Source of the DNA: an uncultured Gammaproteobacteria bacterium
GTDB taxonomy: Bacteria; Patescibacteriota; Patescibacteriia; Buchananbacterales; UBA6539
Direction of reading: 5' to 3'
DNA length: 64,000 nucleotides
Assembly (NCBI GenBank): GCA_964540635.1
Contig: CAZINP010000001.1
Coordinates: 171,263-235,262, forward strand
This document shows positions 19,007-29,572 of the stretch, in pieces (position 1 is the first letter of the stretch; each line of letters opens with the position of its first letter). A program made the translations under genes and the position numbers. The notes beneath the pieces were generated by a model. That model was not told the origin of the DNA. It saw nothing but the letters and a program-made list of their open reading frames with translations, and ran no database searches.

Positions 19007-22000
19007 TTACATTTGAGGATCAGGCGGTGGCGGTGGTGTCGGCGGATTGGTATTTGGATTGCAGGCATTCCAATCATTATTTCTATAGGTGCAAGGTTCG
19101 TCTGCGTTGTCTCGGTCCCTTGTGTCGACATGAACCAAACCACATCCCTCTTCAACATCTTCGGCAACTTCTTGTTCCGAATCGGTACATTCACGAATTA
19201 TATTCATTTTAGTGCCGGTGCGGCAACTCTCTATTCGATTTATTAAAGTTTCAACAGCAGGGACGTTGCAGGTTGTTGAATTATCAGAACCGGTTGAACA
19301 GCATTTCATATCTAAAGCTATTCCCGGGCCATGGTTTGGCCCATCATTGGCCCTATATGAAGTGCCAATAGTGCAACCGGGTGGCAAGATATCACAACCA
19401 TTGCTATTATCGCCATCGATGCAATCAAAGATTTCTCTAACATTTTCTAAAAATTCTTTGGTCCCGGTAATTGATGAAACATTGGGGTAGGTGGGTAAAC
19501 CGTTAACTCCCATAGTATACATTTCACTCCCATCATCTTTTAAGGTTATATCTGGATTAAAACACTTTTTGCATGCTTCAATATTATTTGGTCCACCGGC
19601 CGCACCAACAACCTCACAAAGACATTTATCGTTTGCGCGGCAAGCCTGATCTTGACCTAAGTCAGGGCAAGACCCTTCTTTGGCTACCAGCACTCTAACG
19701 TTGGTACCAATATATGGGTTATCATCGGCCGGACCGTAAATTCTTTCGGCGCAATTATCCGGGTTCTCGCCGCAAATTACCAAATCTTCACCTTTAAGTT
19801 CTCCGGGTTTTGTTGTGCCGTATTTATCTTTTTTGGCATTACACGTCAGGGTACCCCAAAAAGGAATTGTTTGCACTTTTTTACCCGAGAGCAGCTTGTT
19901 TTTTTTCAGCCTGTCTATTGGCCTATCTCCCGCACCGCCACCGGCGGCGATTTTAAAATCCGATTGAATTAAGCTTTCGTTGGCAAAACAATTTGGAACG
20001 AGCCCGCAAACCTCATCAACCCTTTGATCATAAAGAGTGTCGTAATTTATTGCGTCCTTGGGGATGGATAAAGCGATGTAATTAAAACACTTTGCGATAC
20101 CTTTTTCGCTTAGCAGTTCAGAACAATATTTTAGACTATTGGAATTACTGAAAGCTCTATCGGAACGTCGTTGAATTTCCATTAAATCAATTAAAGAAAG
20201 AGATTTGTTATAAATTAAAACCTCATCAATTGCGCCTTTAAAGTAAACTTGATTACGCCCGGCATCGCCTTTGCTGAATTCTTGCAATCCCGCCAACGAA
20301 GCAGCCTCTGAACCATCGCCAATAAAACCAAAACGGGTCAGGCTGCTGCCAAGCGGTTTATTGTGATGAACGTTTGCTATAGTTGTATCTTCTTTTCCGT
20401 CAATATAAAGTGATTTTTGACCCAGCGCGTAATTGTAAACACCGCAAACGAAATGCCATTGGTTATCATTTAGGTTATTTGTCTTGCTGTACAAATCATT
20501 AACGGAATTATCTTGAGCCGAGTGAGTTGAAAAACCAAGTTTACCGCTTGGGGTAACAAAAAGATTGTAGTATTCAGATCGGTCAAAATCAATTAGCGCC
20601 CAGTTATCAAAATCACCGCCGGTATTTTCGTTAGTCTTAAATCTGGCGCAAACCGTTAGTTCGTTGATTGAACTAATGCTGCCGCAATATTGCATGTTTA
20701 AAGCCAGGTAGTCGTTGTTGCCGTCAAAAACAATTGCTTTGTCGCCCAAACCGTTTGTAAAAACAGGGTTGGTCATGGCTTGTATCGGGTTGCTGGCCCC
20801 ATCCAAGCCGAAGAAATAAGTTTTGATATTATTACCACTTGTATCAAGAATGGAATTATTAAAATTGAAAGCGGCGATTAACCCTTGTGAGTTTTTGGCC
20901 GGCAATGGATTGCAATTGCTCAGGTATTGGCCGATTAAAAATGAGTTGTTCCAGAGCTTGAGGTTTTTGATAAAGCCTCCTTTTAACCCTTGTTGCCAAA
21001 CGCCGGACATACCGATAATCGGCCGCCCAAAATTTTTGGCAATGCCGTCTTTTTTTTCCGGCGTGTTAGTGCTGTATTCGTTGTTGTCAATCAGAATCGA
21101 CATTTCTTGAGTATTTTTATTAAAACTGCCGCTGATTTTTACCCATTGATTAAGCGGCACCTGGCTTTGATCGGCCGTAAAGATAAAGCGGGTGTTGCCG
21201 GTGTTGGCGTAAACTCTAACTTTACCGTTAGGCATTATGGCCAAAGCATTGGCGCTGCTTAAAGTGACATAGTCGGTATAGATTGTATAAGGCGAGTTCA
21301 CGTCAATGGGGTAAGAAGTCAAATAAACTTCGGCTTCAATGGTAAAAGCATCGGTTAAATTCAGTTTTTGCAGTTCGGTATGATTGTTGATCCTCAAGCG
21401 GCCGTATTCGCCGGTTGATTTATTATCAAAATACAAAAATTTTTCAGTTGAGGTTGTGGGGTGGGCGTTTTTTTGTCCGTTTTCATATATATTTTTAATT
21501 TCTTCATCGCTTAATTTTCGATCGAAAAAAGCGACTTCATCAATTTGGCCTTCAAAAGATCGGTTCTCGGTTGGGTTGGCCTGATTGCCGATTCTAAATC
21601 GGGGCGTGAGGCCGCCCGGGGAGCTGTATTCGCCCAAGCCTATCAATTGGCCGTTTAAATAACCGTAAACGATTTTTTTGCCGTCTTTCTCTTCCCAGGA
21701 CATAACCAAGTGATACCATTGGTTAAGCTCGGCTCCTTGTTTTAGGGTAATAGTTGTGCCGTATTGTTTTAGTGTGTCATCGCCTTTAACCACTCGAAAA
21801 CGGCCGGATGTTAACCATTGAATATAATATCTGTCAGAACCGGAACCAACACCCTGGATAATGTAACCGGCGTTATTATTCGCAGTTGGATAAGCCCAGG
21901 CGCTGATAGTGCCGGATTTAGGGTTGATTTTTGTATCAACTTTGCTGATATCTAGATATTGTCCAAAAGAACCAAAGCTGCAGCCTTGGCCGATAAAACC

Positions 22001-22417
22001 CGGATTATCAAGACAATTAATGCCGCCTTGCGCCACGGCCGAGAAATTATTGCCCGAGTCGTCATTTAAATTATTGTTCAGTTTCCAGTACCCAATCAGT
22101 CCCGTTAAAGTGGCCGGATAATCATTAGCGGTTTGATTTATGCTTTCCCAAAAAACTTTATTCCCATCCATGGTGGCACTTAAATTTTTGATTGAGCCGG
22201 TACTCAAAACGGTTGTTCCGGCGCCTTCGTTTAAAGAAAAACTTATCAATGGCGAGTTAAGAAAATCAGTTGATATCCTGCTTTGTCTAAAAAGAAATAT
22301 TGAATATAGAGACGAGACAATCAAAAAAGAAGTTAAAACTGTTGTTCCAAGAAAAATAAAAATCACCAGACTTGTATTGGTGATCGACCTGGTTAAAACT
22401 CCAGTAATTTTTTTCAT
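19007..22417 (-). CDS. Large surface protein: three LamG/ConA-like domains, Cys-rich region and peptidase M15-like C-terminus
   Basis: N-terminal TM; 'QWYHLV...FEGQIDEVAFFDRKLS' and 'FKGAIDEVLIYNKSLS'; 'R...NHGPGIALD' and 'VHVD'. Confidence 0.8.
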   Translation of the reverse strand: MKKITGVLTRSITNTSLVIFIFLGTTVLTSFLIVSSLYSIFLFRQSRISTDFLNSPLISFSLNEGAGTTVLSTGSIKNLSATMDGNKVFWESINQTANDYPATLTGLIGYWKLNNNLNDDSGNNFSAVAQGGINCLDNPGFIGQGCSFGSFGQYLDISKVDTKINPKSGTISAWAYPTANNNAGYIIQGVGSGSDRYYIQWLTSGRFRVVKGDDTLKQYGTTITLKQGAELNQWYHLVMSWEEKDGKKIVYGYLNGQLIGLGEYSSPGGLTPRFRIGNQANPTENRSFEGQIDEVAFFDRKLSDEEIKNIYENGQKNAHPTTSTEKFLYFDNKSTGEYGRLRINNHTELQKLNLTDAFTIEAEVYLTSYPIDVNSPYTIYTDYVTLSSANALAIMPNGKVRVYANTGNTRFIFTADQSQVPLNQWVKISGSFNKNTQEMSILIDNNEYSTNTPEKKDGIAKNFGRPIIGMSGVWQQGLKGGFIKNLKLWNNSFLIGQYLSNCNPLPAKNSQGLIAAFNFNNSILDTSGNNIKTYFFGLDGASNPIQAMTNPVFTNGLGDKAIVFDGNNDYLALNMQYCGSISSINELTVCARFKTNENTGGDFDNWALIDFDRSEYYNLFVTPSGKLGFSTHSAQDNSVNDLYSKTNNLNDNQWHFVCGVYNYALGQKSLYIDGKEDTTIANVHHNKPLGSSLTRFGFIGDGSEAASLAGLQEFSKGDAGRNQVYFKGAIDEVLIYNKSLSLIDLMEIQRRSDRAFSNSNSLKYCSELLSEKGIAKCFNYIALSIPKDAINYDTLYDQRVDEVCGLVPNCFANESLIQSDFKIAAGGGAGDRPIDRLKKNKLLSGKKVQTIPFWGTLTCNAKKDKYGTTKPGELKGEDLVICGENPDNCAERIYGPADDNPYIGTNVRVLVAKEGSCPDLGQDQACRANDKCLCEVVGAAGGPNNIEACKKCFNPDITLKDDGSEMYTMGVNGLPTYPNVSSITGTKEFLENVREIFDCIDGDNSNGCDILPPGCTIGTSYRANDGPNHGPGIALDMKCCSTGSDNSTTCNVPAVETLINRIESCRTGTKMNIIRECTDSEQEVAEDVEEGCGLVHVDTRDRDNADEPCTYRNNDWNACNPNTNPPTPPPPPDPQM

Positions 22418-22692
22418 AGTTTTTTGATTATTTTTAAACTGAGGGACAATAAAATTATAACATAAAATTGAATGTTTTCAAAAAATATTTTTAAAAAATA
22501 TTTCCAGCCTTTCTTGACAACAGTGGCTTAATAGGGATATTATAATTAAATATTCAAAACAAAAGGGAGCAAAAACAAAAAAACGCTTATCTAAGCGGTT
22601 TTTTAATTGGATTATAGTAGGTGTCTTGACAAATTTTGATTATTGTGCTAGGATATCAAGTTATTTGCAAATTGAAAAATAATACAGTTTAA

Positions 22693-22982
22693 ATCTGCTC
22701 AAAGGTCTGCAGACAGCCCAAACAGGGTCATCTACCCTCCCCAGTGCTTCTTGTGCCAGGTAGGAGGGCTTTAGTGCCTACAGAATTTTGGGTAGCAAGA
22801 AAAACAATTTGTACCTTTCAACAAACCTCCTTTTGCTTGCTATCCAGTTTCTGCAGGCACGACAAGCACGGAGATCATTTTCTGGTAAATCTGGCTCAGG
22901 CTCGATTTTCCCAAAAAATTATCTTCTTGTCTGCAGACCTTTAAGTAGATCAAAGATCATCCCCTCAAAGGGGGTGTTTTTT
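22693..22982 (+). ncRNA. Candidate structured ncRNA (~260-290 nt)
   Basis: TTGACA-17-TAGGAT promoter (22626), ~23-bp closing stem, ~25-bp inner stem, terminator catcccct/ggggtg + T-tract. Confidence 0.55.
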
Positions 22983-22983
22983 G

Positions 22984-24867
22984 TTATTCAACTTTCGGTG
23001 CGGCGTTTTCGGTTCCGGCGGCTGTGCTCGAATCGGTGCTGGTTGCCAAAGCCGCACCAACCAACCAGACTTCCGGCCAAGGCACATAATGGCTGGTGAA
23101 TTCTTTGGTCTTTATTTCACCGTTTGGATAGGTAACCGTGTATTTAAAATAAGTATCCGCACCGGCATGGGCTGATTCGACTTTTTTCTTTTCGCCCGGT
23201 TTTAAATCGGCACTTTCAATGTATCGGGGAGCGCCGGCGCCTTTGACGTTGTAAATTCTCGGCGGATCGGGAGTGATTTCAATTTGGCGGCCGTCTTTGG
23301 TGCCGTAAAAATCAAAGATTAAATTATCACCTTCAATTCTGGCGGTTACCAAAATATGTTTGCCGGTATCGTTTAAAAATCTAAAATCAGGTTGTGGATC
23401 GTAAATAGTTGCATCCATACCGGCCGGTTCGTAATAGGTTACGCGGTAGCTGTGGTTGCGGCGCTGGGTAATGGGCAGACCGGATCGCAAGGCGGCGCGA
23501 AAAACTGTGGTGCCGATTTGGCACAAGCCGCCGCCGTATTCGGGAATGGTGCGATTACCCTTGATGACCAGTTCTTGTCTGAAACCATGTTGGCCGTCAA
23601 TCGGACCAAGCGCTTTAATGGTAGAGAATTCTTCGTCAGGCGCCACCAAAATGCCGTTTAAAATTTTGGCGCCATTGGCAATATTGATTCGGCGGTTGGT
23701 GGGCGACCCTTTAAAGTTAGATTGCCCCCGGCCGATCAATTCGGTAATGCCCAAATCATTGGTGCTGCCGATTGAAGTGGCCGATTGCGTCAATTCAACT
23801 TCCAAGTCAATCGGAGAATTGTTTTTATCGATTACTCTTTGATTGATTTTGGCGTAGGTAATTTCCAGATTAAGTTTTTTGCCGTCAATACTTTGCTGGA
23901 ATTCCGCCACCTTGCCGTCTTTGATTTCAAATCGGGCGTCTTTTGGTTCAATGTCAATTTCTTTGGCAATGGTTTTTAAGTATTCAACGGTTTTTTCTTG
24001 ATTTAGCCCGACCACGATCTTATCTTCAAAGTATTGAAATTCAATAAAGTTTTTAAATTGTTCTTTGCTGATGGTCCATTCTTTTTTTTCATAATTCAAT
24101 TTAATCGGCGCTAAATCGATTATCGCTTTGATTTCATCGGCCGCCGCTTGGGCCTGATCTTTACTAATGGTCGGTTCAGAAGGAATTACTTCCAAATTTA
24201 TCGGGGAAAAATCGAACTTTAAAGATTTTTCTTTAAATTCGGCAATCGCTTTTTGATAATCAAAAGATTCGCCGGCTTTTTCTTTGGTTATTTTTATTTC
24301 CGCGCCGTCAAATTCAATGCCGGCATTGGTGGTCGGATTTTCCAAGTTTTTAAATTCCGTTTTTAAAATTTCCAAAAGGACGTCCTCGGAAAAAATTGCG
24401 TCGATTTCAAATTTTGGTTTGGTGATAAAAATTTTTATTTGTGCCCAGAAATTTTCCAATTTATTGCCGCTTCGGCCTAAGAGGAAAGCTTGGTCAATAT
24501 TTTTGTCCCAATCAAAACTTACAATGGTTTGGGCCAACTCACTTTCACTTTGGCTTAAAAGCAGAGGTTTAATATTGATCTTTTTATCTTTGGCGTGAAA
24601 GTCGATGCCGTTGGCGTCAAATTGAGCTTGAATTTCCTCAAAATGCTTCTTAACCTCAGCTTTGGTTTTACCGCCTAAGGCATAAGAATCAAGGCTGATG
24701 CCGGGATAAAATTTTTCGGCAAAAGCCATTTCCAACCCAAAAGCCAAAAAAGTCGCGCTTAAAATCAACAGGGAAGCAAGGGCTAATAAAAAAAGAGCGG
24801 CCAAACCAAACCACTTTTTTTTCTTGGGAGCACTTGAATTGTTATTTGAATTGTTAATGGGTAACAT
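22984..24867 (-). CDS. VanW family protein with peptidoglycan-binding (PG_binding_4-like) domains
   Basis: RRINI...GGGLCQIGTT...RRNHS...DATIY...DFRF; N-terminal TM. Confidence 0.9.
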   Translation of the reverse strand: MLPINNSNNNSSAPKKKKWFGLAALFLLALASLLILSATFLAFGLEMAFAEKFYPGISLDSYALGGKTKAEVKKHFEEIQAQFDANGIDFHAKDKKINIKPLLLSQSESELAQTIVSFDWDKNIDQAFLLGRSGNKLENFWAQIKIFITKPKFEIDAIFSEDVLLEILKTEFKNLENPTTNAGIEFDGAEIKITKEKAGESFDYQKAIAEFKEKSLKFDFSPINLEVIPSEPTISKDQAQAAADEIKAIIDLAPIKLNYEKKEWTISKEQFKNFIEFQYFEDKIVVGLNQEKTVEYLKTIAKEIDIEPKDARFEIKDGKVAEFQQSIDGKKLNLEITYAKINQRVIDKNNSPIDLEVELTQSATSIGSTNDLGITELIGRGQSNFKGSPTNRRINIANGAKILNGILVAPDEEFSTIKALGPIDGQHGFRQELVIKGNRTIPEYGGGLCQIGTTVFRAALRSGLPITQRRNHSYRVTYYEPAGMDATIYDPQPDFRFLNDTGKHILVTARIEGDNLIFDFYGTKDGRQIEITPDPPRIYNVKGAGAPRYIESADLKPGEKKKVESAHAGADTYFKYTVTYPNGEIKTKEFTSHYVPWPEVWLVGAALATSTDSSTAAGTENAAPKVE

Positions 24868-24871
24868 TTTT

Positions 24872-25117
24872 TTATTTTAGTATTTCGTTGAGAATGCTTT
24901 TTGCCAATTTTTCTTTTTCGTTTTCCGCGGCCGCCTCATCAATTAATTTTAGCCTAATTTTTTGACCGGCTTGGCAGCCAGTGGGCAGTTCGGTGATTGG
25001 CCAATTAATTTTTTGGCCATCATCAAGGATAATGGTGGCAGACCGGCCGGAAAAGCTCTCAATTGTTCCGGCCAGGGAATTGGCGTTGATTATTTTTTCA
25101 ATCTCTGGTTCATTCAT
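24872..25117 (-). CDS. DUF3006-like small protein
   Basis: IESFSG..A.I...WP...LP..G pattern. Confidence 0.6.
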   Translation of the reverse strand: MNEPEIEKIINANSLAGTIESFSGRSATIILDDGQKINWPITELPTGCQAGQKIRLKLIDEAAAENEKEKLAKSILNEILK

Positions 25118-25309
25118 ATTTATATTTACTTAATTTTAGAGGATTTTTTTTAAAAAAGCAATAGAGTTTTGATGTTTTTGGGGTTGTTTTTTAAAACATT
25201 ATTTTTACTTTGTTAGGCAATGCCAAGGCTGGGCGAGTATTGACAAAATCCTTTTTGTATGATATAATAAAAAAACATTAATTTTATTGATAATTTTTCT
25301 AAAAAATAT

Positions 25310-26956
25310 ATGAAAAAACAAGTAAATTTAGCCAAAAAATTATTGAATCTAGTGGTCGTTTTTGCTGTTTTTTGTGCAATTTTAGCCCCTTTTTCAACCG
25401 CTAAAGCCGCTACTCCGCTGGTGATCTACAATATTGTCGCCACCTCAACCAGCAATACCGTGACCATTAGCTGGGAAACCGACAGGGCTTCTTACGGCCG
25501 GGTTAATTACGGTACTGCCACCAATAATTATGGTTGGACGGTTCAAACCAGTCAAACCCAGAAGTATGCTTCTCAGACCATTACCATTGTTGGCCTTAAT
25601 CCGAATACCCAATATTATTTTAGAATTAATGCCAAGGATGAAAACTCCGAAGTTACTTCCTTGGAGAGAAGCTTTACCACTTTGATGCCCAATCAGACTT
25701 CAAGCGGCACCAACACCAGCGTGGTTTTAACCAATCCGACCGTTCAGGTTGGTAGCTCATCTTACTGTGCGGTTAATTTGAAAAATGATTATGGCTTCTC
25801 CGGTTATTACTACAATTTGCCCAGTACCCATCCTGATGTGGAAAAAGGCGTTGCTTCTTGGTCAAAGGTTGCCAGACAAAACGACTGGTATGACCAAAAA
25901 TATTTTGCCTTTAATCGTATTGATAAGGATTTAAATTTTGGTTCAAACTTTTTTCCGGTCAGCACCAATTTGCCCGGCGATCCGCAACACTTTGCCGTAA
26001 ACTGGCGCGGAATCATTGAAGTTTCTCAGACCGATAACTATACCTACAAAATTACTTCCGATGATGACTCCTGGGTATTTATTGATGATTCTTTAGTCTC
26101 AAACCTTAACGGTGTTCATATGGCCAAGACTGACAACAAGACGGTTCAGTTAACTGCCGGTTATCATAAAATTGAAATTTATTATGCTGACAGAATGAAA
26201 TACGGCGCGGTTATGTCTTTTACGGCTGATTCTCGCTTGAAGTTTCATCCCTTGCCGATGGATTGCAGTGTCCAAGACGTTATTGATTACAATAATTTGG
26301 TCAACAACGGCAGCGGCTATGCTTACTCCGGCAATAATAATCAGTACACTACCACTTATACTGGTACAACCGGCCAAGTTTTAGGCGCCAGTAATATTGA
26401 AGACTACGGCGTTTACCTTAATGGCTGGGACGGAAAATACAGTCAGTTTAAAGCCATTTATCGCACCAAGGAAAATCCCGATATTTGGGCGATAACCATG
26501 ACCAATCAAAGACTTTATATCACTTCTCCGGCTTCTTTTAACAAATATGGTTTAAATTGGAATAAAATTCAAACCGTTTCTCAGGCAACTTTAAATCGTT
26601 ATCCTGTTGCCAATTTGGTAAAGACTCCGGATCAAGCCACGGTTTACTATTTATTCCAAAAGGCGGAAAAGAAATGGTTAAAGTTGCCCTTCCCGACCGG
26701 CACCGTATTTGTTAGCTACGCCAATAATTATTGGGGCAATGTAGTCAGAGTAAATGATTTGGATATGAATTCTTATGCCACGGCCAGTTTAATCAAGGTC
26801 AAAGGCAAGAGCACTATCTATGAGCTTTCCGGCAATACCAAACGCCCGTTTGCTTCGGCCAGCGCTTTTCTTAAAGCCAATTATAATTGGGCCGATGTCT
26901 GCGAAGTCAATCAAATTCACGCCGACAGCTACATTACCGGTTCCAGCATTCGTTAA
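25310..26956 (+). CDS. Secreted protein: FN3-like + PA14 domain + C-terminal repeats
   Basis: Signal peptide; ISWETD...LNPNTQYYFRI; PA14 'FAVNWRG...SDDDSWVFIDD...GYHKIEIYY'. Confidence 0.85.
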   Translation: MKKQVNLAKKLLNLVVVFAVFCAILAPFSTAKAATPLVIYNIVATSTSNTVTISWETDRASYGRVNYGTATNNYGWTVQTSQTQKYASQTITIVGLNPNTQYYFRINAKDENSEVTSLERSFTTLMPNQTSSGTNTSVVLTNPTVQVGSSSYCAVNLKNDYGFSGYYYNLPSTHPDVEKGVASWSKVARQNDWYDQKYFAFNRIDKDLNFGSNFFPVSTNLPGDPQHFAVNWRGIIEVSQTDNYTYKITSDDDSWVFIDDSLVSNLNGVHMAKTDNKTVQLTAGYHKIEIYYADRMKYGAVMSFTADSRLKFHPLPMDCSVQDVIDYNNLVNNGSGYAYSGNNNQYTTTYTGTTGQVLGASNIEDYGVYLNGWDGKYSQFKAIYRTKENPDIWAITMTNQRLYITSPASFNKYGLNWNKIQTVSQATLNRYPVANLVKTPDQATVYYLFQKAEKKWLKLPFPTGTVFVSYANNYWGNVVRVNDLDMNSYATASLIKVKGKSTIYELSGNTKRPFASASAFLKANYNWADVCEVNQIHADSYITGSSIR

Positions 26957-27006
26957 TCAACTTCAAATAAAAAAATATCCCGCTAAAGGCGGGATATTTT
27001 TTATGG

Positions 27007-27957
27007 TTAATTTTCCAAACTTAGTGCCGGTTGATCATCTTTGTGTCCTTGGTACCAGTCATCAACTGCTTGATTAATTTTCTGAAAATGTTCTTGCCAT
27101 TCTTCAATTCTTTCCGGTTTTATTTCACCCCAAAAGCGATCTTTTACGGGCTGGCCGGGATTTTGCCGATATTCAAGGATTATCTTTTTATAGTGGTGGT
27201 GAGTAATAGCTTCGGTGGCTGCCATTGAGAATTCTTCCGGGCTCATATATTCAGCCAAAACCGCGGCCACTTGGGTTTTGGCTCTTTCTTGGCGCTGGGT
27301 TTTTAAGGGACTGTGCGATAGCGCTTCGCCTAAACGATAGGGCAGGTATTGATTATCCAGGTCAATCATTTGATTTTTTAAGCTATAAAGTTCGTCGCTC
27401 AAAGTTCTTTTTTCGTGCGGTTTTTTTGATTTTTTTAAAGCCTCTTCTTTTTGGCTGATTCTTTGTTGCAGTTCAACGATTTGTTTTTTTAAAGCTTCAG
27501 CCTTAAGCCGTTCTTTCTCAAATTCATCTTGGTGAAAATATTGATATTCATTTTCCGGCCGAAAGCGGTTGGACCAAATTGAATCAATTAATTTTCTATA
27601 ATAGTCGACGGCATAGTCGGTATCTCTGCCCGGCAGAAGTCGATTTTCGTCTTCCGGTTTTACGCCTGTTCTGATATCAAAAAGAAGGTGTTGCATTAAT
27701 CTGATTCGGCCGTCTTCATCGGTCATTTCTTTTGCTGCCTGCGCTTCTTCTTCTTTTGGTAAATCGGGTACGGCCATCTGCAGCCCCGTTTTTTCAAAAC
27801 TTTTATCAATTACTCTTTGGCGCATTTCTTTTGGCAAAAGATCAAAACCGGATCGCGTTTCTTCCAGTTGAGATAATTTTTTACGCAGAAGCTGGCGGTT
27901 TTGCTCGGCTGATCTTTCGGATTGTTCGGAATATGGGTTTGGTCTTTCGGCAGACAT
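27007..27957 (-). CDS. Hypothetical coiled-coil protein
   Basis: 316-aa charged ORF with a downstream terminator. Confidence 0.7.
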   Translation of the reverse strand: MSAERPNPYSEQSERSAEQNRQLLRKKLSQLEETRSGFDLLPKEMRQRVIDKSFEKTGLQMAVPDLPKEEEAQAAKEMTDEDGRIRLMQHLLFDIRTGVKPEDENRLLPGRDTDYAVDYYRKLIDSIWSNRFRPENEYQYFHQDEFEKERLKAEALKKQIVELQQRISQKEEALKKSKKPHEKRTLSDELYSLKNQMIDLDNQYLPYRLGEALSHSPLKTQRQERAKTQVAAVLAEYMSPEEFSMAATEAITHHHYKKIILEYRQNPGQPVKDRFWGEIKPERIEEWQEHFQKINQAVDDWYQGHKDDQPALSLEN

Positions 27958-27969
27958 AATTATGAAAAA

Positions 27970-28392
27970 TTATTTTTTTAATTTAGCGGCTTTTAAAAAA
28001 AGTAACCCGGAGATAAACCATAAAATAACAAAGAAAAGGTTAAAGGCCAGCACCATAAAAAAGCCGATATTTACCGGCGGATGCCAAATGGCCGCGGCAA
28101 TAAAGGGCGCTGATATTTGCGCCAAAGCGGCGATAAACAAACAATCAGCCATTATTTTTGATTTTAAGCGAGAAAAAACCGCACTTAAATAAACAAAGAT
28201 TATAATGCCGAAAAACATCAGATTGGCCGGGTGGTTTTCATTGCCGATAATGCCGACGGCTAAATTTACCCAAGCCATTAAAAGTGAATTTAAAACAAAA
28301 ACGCCGATGGCGATTTTGGGTAAGTGATTATTTATTATCATTTTGATGAAATATTTTATTAAGACAAAACTTAATTTCATTATATCAAACAT
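27970..28392 (-). CDS. Hypothetical membrane protein
   Basis: About 4 hydrophobic segments, 'WVNLAVGIIG.E..PANLM'; start uncertain. Confidence 0.65.
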   Translation of the reverse strand: MFDIMKLSFVLIKYFIKMIINNHLPKIAIGVFVLNSLLMAWVNLAVGIIGNENHPANLMFFGIIIFVYLSAVFSRLKSKIMADCLFIAALAQISAPFIAAAIWHPPVNIGFFMVLAFNLFFVILWFISGLLFLKAAKLKK

Positions 28393-28398
28393 GGGTAC

Positions 28399-28439
28399 AA
28401 ATAAAAAACCCTCGGTAAAACCGATAGTTTTTTATTTAG
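28399..28439. repeat. 41-bp terminator-like direct repeat (40/41 identical to 31511-31551)
   Basis: aaataaaaaaccctcggtaaaaccga(t/g)agttttttatttag; diverged third copy at 29477-29516. Confidence 0.9.
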
Positions 28440-28563
28440 AGTTTGTCGTAAAAAATGGGAAACCAAAAAATCCAAATAAGTATTTATAAATTTTAAAATT
28501 TTTTGGTCATTTAAAATGAATGAATATTTTAAAATATATTTAACTGTGATAAAATATAAGAAT

Positions 28564-29448
28564 ATGAAAATAAAAAATCAGCTCCCAATAACCATTTTTA
28601 TCGCCGTAATATTATTCAGTTTTATATTATTAGCCAATCCGGCCCAAGCCGCCGTGTTATATGACAAAGGCACTCTTTTAAAGGGCGAGTTTGCCGAAGT
28701 TTTTTTGGTATCCCAGGATAATATATTGCATTGGATACCAAACGAAGAAACCTTCAATGCGCTTGGTTATTCGTGGTCATCAATAATTGTTGTAAAAAAT
28801 GAAGTGCTTTGGCAATATAGTTTTGGTGAAGCGCTGGGTTCGGTTGATGTGAATTTGGATCCGGAAAAATCAGCTGAATCCGGTTTTGAAACGCCTGCAG
28901 AAATTGAAATAAAAGTAAAAGAATATTTTATTGATATTCCAATAATGATTGATATTGCCAAGTGCGAATCGGGATTTCGTCAGTTTAACGATAATGGCAC
29001 CGTCCTAAAAGGCAGTGGGCTATATGTCGGGGTTTATCAAATTGATGAAAAAATCCACAAGGACTACGCCAAGGAGTTGGGTATGGATATTTTTTCAGTT
29101 GAAGGCAATTTAGCTTATGCTAGACATCTTTACAATAACCTTGGCCCACAACCTTGGCCGGCTTGCTCCAAAAAATCCGTTGCGTCTAATACGCTAATCA
29201 CAAGTGATCTTGCTTTTGGGGACACAAGCGATGAAGTGAAAGTGCTTCAGCAGTTACTTAATCAAAAGGGATTTATTATTAGCGAATCGGGTCCCGGTTC
29301 TTTGGGCAATGAAACTCAATACTTTGGCGCCTTAACCCGCCTGGCTGTCCAAAAATTTCAATGCAGTAAAAATATTGTTTGCCAAGGCGACGAAGCAACT
29401 ACCGGCTATGGTTTGGTTGGTTCAAAAACCCGAGCCGCCCTGCAGTAA
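28564..29448 (+). CDS. Secreted protein with lysozyme/SLT-like domain and peptidoglycan-binding domain
   Basis: Signal peptide from M28564; 'IAKCESG...GVYQI...PWPAC'; 'VKVLQQLL...YFGALTRLAVQKFQ...G.VG.KTRAAL'. Confidence 0.8.
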   Translation: MKIKNQLPITIFIAVILFSFILLANPAQAAVLYDKGTLLKGEFAEVFLVSQDNILHWIPNEETFNALGYSWSSIIVVKNEVLWQYSFGEALGSVDVNLDPEKSAESGFETPAEIEIKVKEYFIDIPIMIDIAKCESGFRQFNDNGTVLKGSGLYVGVYQIDEKIHKDYAKELGMDIFSVEGNLAYARHLYNNLGPQPWPACSKKSVASNTLITSDLAFGDTSDEVKVLQQLLNQKGFIISESGPGSLGNETQYFGALTRLAVQKFQCSKNIVCQGDEATTGYGLVGSKTRAALQ

Positions 29449-29572
29449 AATAAGAATTTATCTTAAATATACTAATAAATAAAAAATCCTCAGCTTGCTG
29501 AGAATTTTTTATTTAGAGCTTGCCCTAATGAGTGGCAAACTCAGATGTATAATAACAAATAATCCAAATAAA

